From positions 54,314,001-54,378,000 of the forward strand of contig NW_024704742.1 in the NCBI RefSeq assembly GCF_018977255.1: DNA of 64,000 bases. Reading direction: 5' to 3'. The translations under genes and the position numbers were made by a program. Source of the stretch: Callorhinchus milii (Eukaryota). Shown here piece by piece: positions 59,910-64,000 of the stretch. Within the stretch, counting starts at the first letter, position 1. The number at the start of each line of letters is the position of its first letter. A model generated the notes under the pieces. That model was given only the letters and a program-made list of their open reading frames with translations. It was not told the origin of the DNA and did not search any database.

Positions 59910-60155
59910 AAACAACTTGTATTCATATAGCTCCCTTCATGCATAGTGGCACCTTGGAGCACTTAACAGTGACAGAGCTTGGCGCTGATCTGGAGAGAAA
60001 GGGGAGGTGACTTTAGGCACAGTCAAAGAGGAAGATCTTCAGGTGCAATCTGAAGATGGACAAGTAAGGGGCAAGGTAGAGGGATTGAAGCAGGGAGTTC
60101 TAGAGGGTAGGGTGTAGTGGCTGAAAGCACGGCGGCCGATTGTGGAGCGGAGAGA
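59910..60155 (-). mobile_element. L2 3' end (a second L2 3' end on + follows at ~60190-60350)
   Basis: AACAACTTGTATTCATATAG...GCACAGTCAAAGAGGAAGATCTTCAGG...GGCTGAAAGCACGG. Confidence 0.75.
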
Positions 60156-60534
60156 AGTGGAGAAGACCTTTCTTCCTCCATACATTCCTCTTGCCCCTGG
60201 TCTAAGTGTCTTTAAATCCCTTCTTAAAATGTACCTCTTCGATTGCACATATGGTCATCTCCCAATCTCCCTTCCTCGGTGTTCAACCCCACTACTATGA
60301 TCGTTCTGAGATATTAACCAATATGAAGGGCCCCTATATACAAATTGTTGCTGCAGTTGTATCTTCCATCCTCACTGTATTCATTCTAAAATAATTAATG
60401 GAGCATTGAAGCAAAAACATCTGAAATGGTTACTGTGGCAACTGTTCAAACGCTACGCCACAGAAAATGGGGACAAGCAGAAAATGATTTGGTAAAGACA
60501 GGAGGTAATAAACCACATTAAGTTAAAATGATTG

Positions 60535-60882
60535 CAATAATAATCCTTGCATTTAATGTCTTATCACGTCTTCGAGACTTCTCAAAGCGCTTCACAAAAT
60601 ATACAGTAAAATGAAGTGTCGGTATATTTAGTGGGTGAAAAGCAGCAGCCAATTGTACAGAGCAGAGTCCCAAAAACAGTCGTGGATTGAGTGACCAAAT
60701 TATTATTATTTTAATGGAAAAGTGATCCGCCAATCGACTAATAACCGGGTTCCTACATACTGCTGGGTGAACAGAGGTGTGCGGAGTGAAAGTTGCTCAA
60801 CGTTTCGTACCTCCTGGGAATCTAGCCCAGGTCTTCTTGCTTGCAGGGCGAGTGCTCTAACCACTAAGCTACAGGACTCCAC
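60535..60882 (-). mobile_element. Long variant of the tRNA-Ala-type SINE retaining a CORE-like domain
   Basis: Same head and tail as the young SINE, with extra CTGTTCACCCAGCAGTATGTAGGAACCCGG...GGATCACTTT. Confidence 0.8.
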
Positions 60883-61184
60883 AGTTGAATATATGCCCTT
60901 GAATTGTAATTTGTATGTTAAGTATTTGCTCGAAATTGCTGCAGAAACAGAAAATGGCATGGAAACTATCAGTAAAATGTATTAGTATTGTAGATGAGCA
61001 ATTCCATTTTAGTCCTATTGGTTGAAGAAATGAATACTATATCAAATAATAAGCTGAAATTGTGATTGGTGATAAATTACTTGTCTCATTGATAAAAGAT
61101 GTCAATGAGGCTCGTTATAAGGAAGTCAATAATTAGAATGGCAGCATGTTGTGAGTTACAAAATAAAACAATTCTAGGAAATCT

Positions 61185-61500
61185 AGAGCGCAAGATGGTT
61201 CCAAGTTCAATCTTGTTATGTGTTATGTTACCTCTTCTCAAGTGGGGTGATATGAGGGGGAACTAAAACTTATTTCGACATCTCAAGCTCTGAGGGAAAA
61301 AATTAGCCAAGCTCCATGTTCAGATTGCTTTTATGCATCTATGGATATCGAGTAAGGATATGATAGGGCTTGGTTTGGAATCTCCCTCTCACAACAGTAA
61401 AGTTGCCAGACAACACTGTCAAAGGTCAACTGTCACTTGGGTGAACTATCAGGAGACAACTGGCATCTGAAGAGCATTATTTCCAAAAGAAAAAAAAGAT
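61185..61500 (+). mobile_element. AmnSINE2-like ancient SINE, diverged
   Basis: AAGTTCAATC (B-box-like)...GAGGGAAAAAATTAGCCAAG...GGATATCGAGTAAGGATATGATAGGGCTTGG...CACTGTC...GTCACTTGGGTGA, A-rich end. Confidence 0.45.
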
Positions 61501-62045
61501 TAAAAAAAGTTAAAGGTTAAAGCCAATGATTCGCATCTGCTTCAAATCCAAGTGTTCGACTGCAGAATCTACTGTTCAAGTTATTTTTCTTGAGCTTTCT
61601 CTGAAAAGGGATTGTGCAATGCACAGCACCAGGCAAGCAACTAGTTATGCTAAGGCGAAGCCTCCTGCCTTTTAACATCTATAATCAGAAAAATAGCTAA
61701 AAATAGTCAAATGCAGTTTAGAATTAATTGGGAATATTCGCACAGCAATCGAGAAAGATGAAGACTGCTTCAAAATTCAATTTCCTTCAGAACAGTGAGA
61801 GATAAATGAGACATAAAGCAAAGCATTGATATTAAATTAGAACAAGGTCTACCAAAATGTTCAGGTAATCGCTGGAACTAAGCAAAGGTGGAAAAGAAAA
61901 GAATATTCACTGCAGCAACATTGAATTTAGAAGCCTCATTAAACAAATGGAAAAAGATGAGATGAAGGAAATGTTAACACCTTCCTCGAGGAGGGAAGAA
62001 ATTATACTACTGACAATGAAATCCTTCCTGATAAGGTGATCTAGT

Positions 62046-62111
62046 CAACAAGACAACAACAACAACAAGATTCCATTTATAAAGCGCCTTTCACGTCAGG
62101 AGGACGTCCCA
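62046..62111 (-). mobile_element. Young L2 3' tail only
   Basis: rc TGGGACGTCCTCCTGACGTGAAAGGCGCTTTATAAATGGAATCTTGTTG is identical to 18180-18228. Confidence 0.92.
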
Positions 62112-62472
62112 TGAATCAGAGAAGCCAATGATATAGAAAATTGAGGCCATTGCACAAACCTAAGAATATGGGGAACCATCAACTTCTTCCCACATTGTTA
62201 CTGTCCTCTAAAATGTGCAGGAGAGCAGCCTAGGTAGCAACCTATGATTCTGTCTTTTCCTGAGTGCCCCTGTGACCTACCCAGATGATGTGGGTTGGAT
62301 GGTGAATTCACCACACAGGGATCAAATCTGTGTCCTATTGGGCTATGCAGTAAAATAATGAATCAGAAATTGGATAAAACTAGAATACAGATTATATCAT
62401 TTTCACAAAATTCCTTTAAATCCTGGCAGCAGAGTAGAATTTAGGAGGAAATTTTCCACGAGATCCTTCAGC

Positions 62473-62592
62473 TCACAAATATACGGTCAATTCACTTTAC
62501 AGTCTATTCTGTGAAGTGCTTTGAGATGTTGAGAAGACGTGAAAAGCGCTATATCAAATGCAAGGATTATTATTATTATTATTATTATTATT
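62473..62592 (+). mobile_element. SINE 3' tail with (ATT)n
   Basis: CACAAATATACGGTCAATTCACTTTACAG...AAAAGCGCTATATCAAATGCAAGG(ATT)n. Confidence 0.85.
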
Positions 62593-62859
62593 ACATTATC
62601 CTGCAAGATAAAACAATGATTTCAAATGGGTATTTTGAGATGAATAGAAATTGTGCTTTCTCCTACAACGCGTTAGTAAAACCTAGAGGCAGGCTCTGCA
62701 ATACTACAATAAACCCAAATATAATGATGATAATAATAAAGATAATAATTCTTACATTTAATGTCTCAAAAGTACTATGCAGGATCTTACTGCAGTGACT
62801 GTGCATTTGGTTAGCTAATGTAATACTTGCTTTGACTTAGCAATTTATCCACCTGGAGC

Positions 62860-63070
62860 ACCTTAAAACTCTTCACAATAATTACTGTTCAGTGCAATAA
62901 CTGTGTGTTTATGGATGAATAGAGCAGCCAATTTATATGCAGTGTCCCACAGATAGCAAGGAGGTGAATGATCAATTTTAACTGGAGAATTATTGGCCAG
63001 GATACTGGCAGAAACTCTCTTCTCATTTTGAATAGTGCCATGAGAACTTTATTATTCCAGCTGAACAGGG
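62860..63070 (-). mobile_element. DeuSINE partial
   Basis: GCAGTGTCCCACAG, TTGGCCAGGATACTGG and AATAGTGCCATG. Confidence 0.7.
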
Positions 63071-63071
63071 A

Positions 63072-64000
63072 GAGTGTTTCAGAATTTTGGGGCATAGTGG
63101 CTGAAAGTACGAGCTCCAATGGTGCGGCGGAAGGTGCAAGGGATGAGCAGGAGGCCAGTGCCAGTCGAGCAGAGGCGCTGGGTGGTAGATTGTGGAGTGA
63201 GGAGGTCAGAGAGGTAGGGAGGTGCCAGGGAGTGAAGGGATTTGAACACGAGAGTGAGGATCTTGAAGTCAATCCGTTTGGTGATGGAGAGCCAGTGGAG
63301 TCTGGCCAGAACTGGTGAGATGTGGTTATGGAGTTTGGTCTCGGTCAGTATGTGGGCAGCAAAACTTTGTACGAGCTGGATCTTGTGAATAGTGGAGCTG
63401 GGGAGACTGGCGAGACGTGTGTTGGAGTAATCTGAGTGGGAGATGAGAAACGTATGCACAAGGGTTTTGACTACATTTGGGGTAAGGTACGGTTGGAGGA
63501 GGGCAATGTGAAGGAGGTGGAAGAAAGTGGTCCTGGTCAGGAACTGGATGTTGGGAAGAAAAGGATAACTGGGCATCGAACCGGTAGCCTAGGTTGCGCG
63601 CTGGTTCAGTGAGTCTGAGAGAGAGCCCAGGGAGGTTGAGGAGTTTAGATCCACAGGAGTGAAGATGAAGATGGGAGCCAAGGTGTATGGCTTCTGTCTT
63701 GTCCACATTCACCTGCAGGAAGTTTACACTTATCTAAGCCTTGATGTCTGCCAGACAAGCTGATAGAACATCGGAGGATCTGGAGTTCTTACTGGAGGAG
63801 GCAAAGTAGATTTGTGTGTAATCCACATACATGTTGAAGTTTACCCCATGTCTGCGGATGACATCGCTCAGAGGGAGCATATAAATAAGGAAAAGAAGAG
63901 GGCCAAGGATGGAGCCCTGGGGTACCCCGCAGGTGACCAGGCAGGGGTGGGAGGAGAAACCATTTGCTGAGATTAAATAGAGGCGGTTGGTTAAGTAGGA
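63072..64000 (-). mobile_element. L2 LINE RT fragment running off the window
   Basis: Minus strand reads GVPQGSILGPL, MYVD, and LHWLSITKRIDFKIL. Confidence 0.9.

Noticed and set aside
1..64000. CRISPR arrays, operons or other prokaryotic systems
   Set aside because: The sequence is vertebrate; there are no regularly spaced repeat-spacer arrays or dense ORFs

Overview
This window is repeat-dense vertebrate DNA, either intergenic or a very large intron, and I can recognise no host protein-coding gene in it. The repeat complement suggests a cartilaginous fish, plausibly a chimaera such as Callorhinchus; that is inference from recalled repeat families, not a database result. It contains L2-clade LINEs with C-rich RT regions and (TTG)n tails, decayed CR1 LINEs, many SacSINE1-like Deu-domain SINEs, a young tRNA-Ala(TGC)-headed SINE with an (ATT)n tail, AmnSINE2-like relics and a Penelope-like fragment. 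The only long credible ORF (16301-17977) is the RT half of a young, 5'-truncated L2 inserted into a DeuSINE. Most other ORF-track entries are repeat-derived or look like chance ORFs. The most notable observations are: (1) an L2/SINE pair sharing a 3' stem-loop with a compensatory base-pair change; (2) an apparent series in which a CORE-type SINE head joined a DeuSINE 3' half and then lost most of CORE; (3) an unnamed ~300-bp retroposon-like family in four copies; (4) several long near-perfect palindromes; and (5) weak exon, microexon and enhancer candidates. I do not see convincing evidence of a wholly new biological system. Boundaries of old repeats are approximate.
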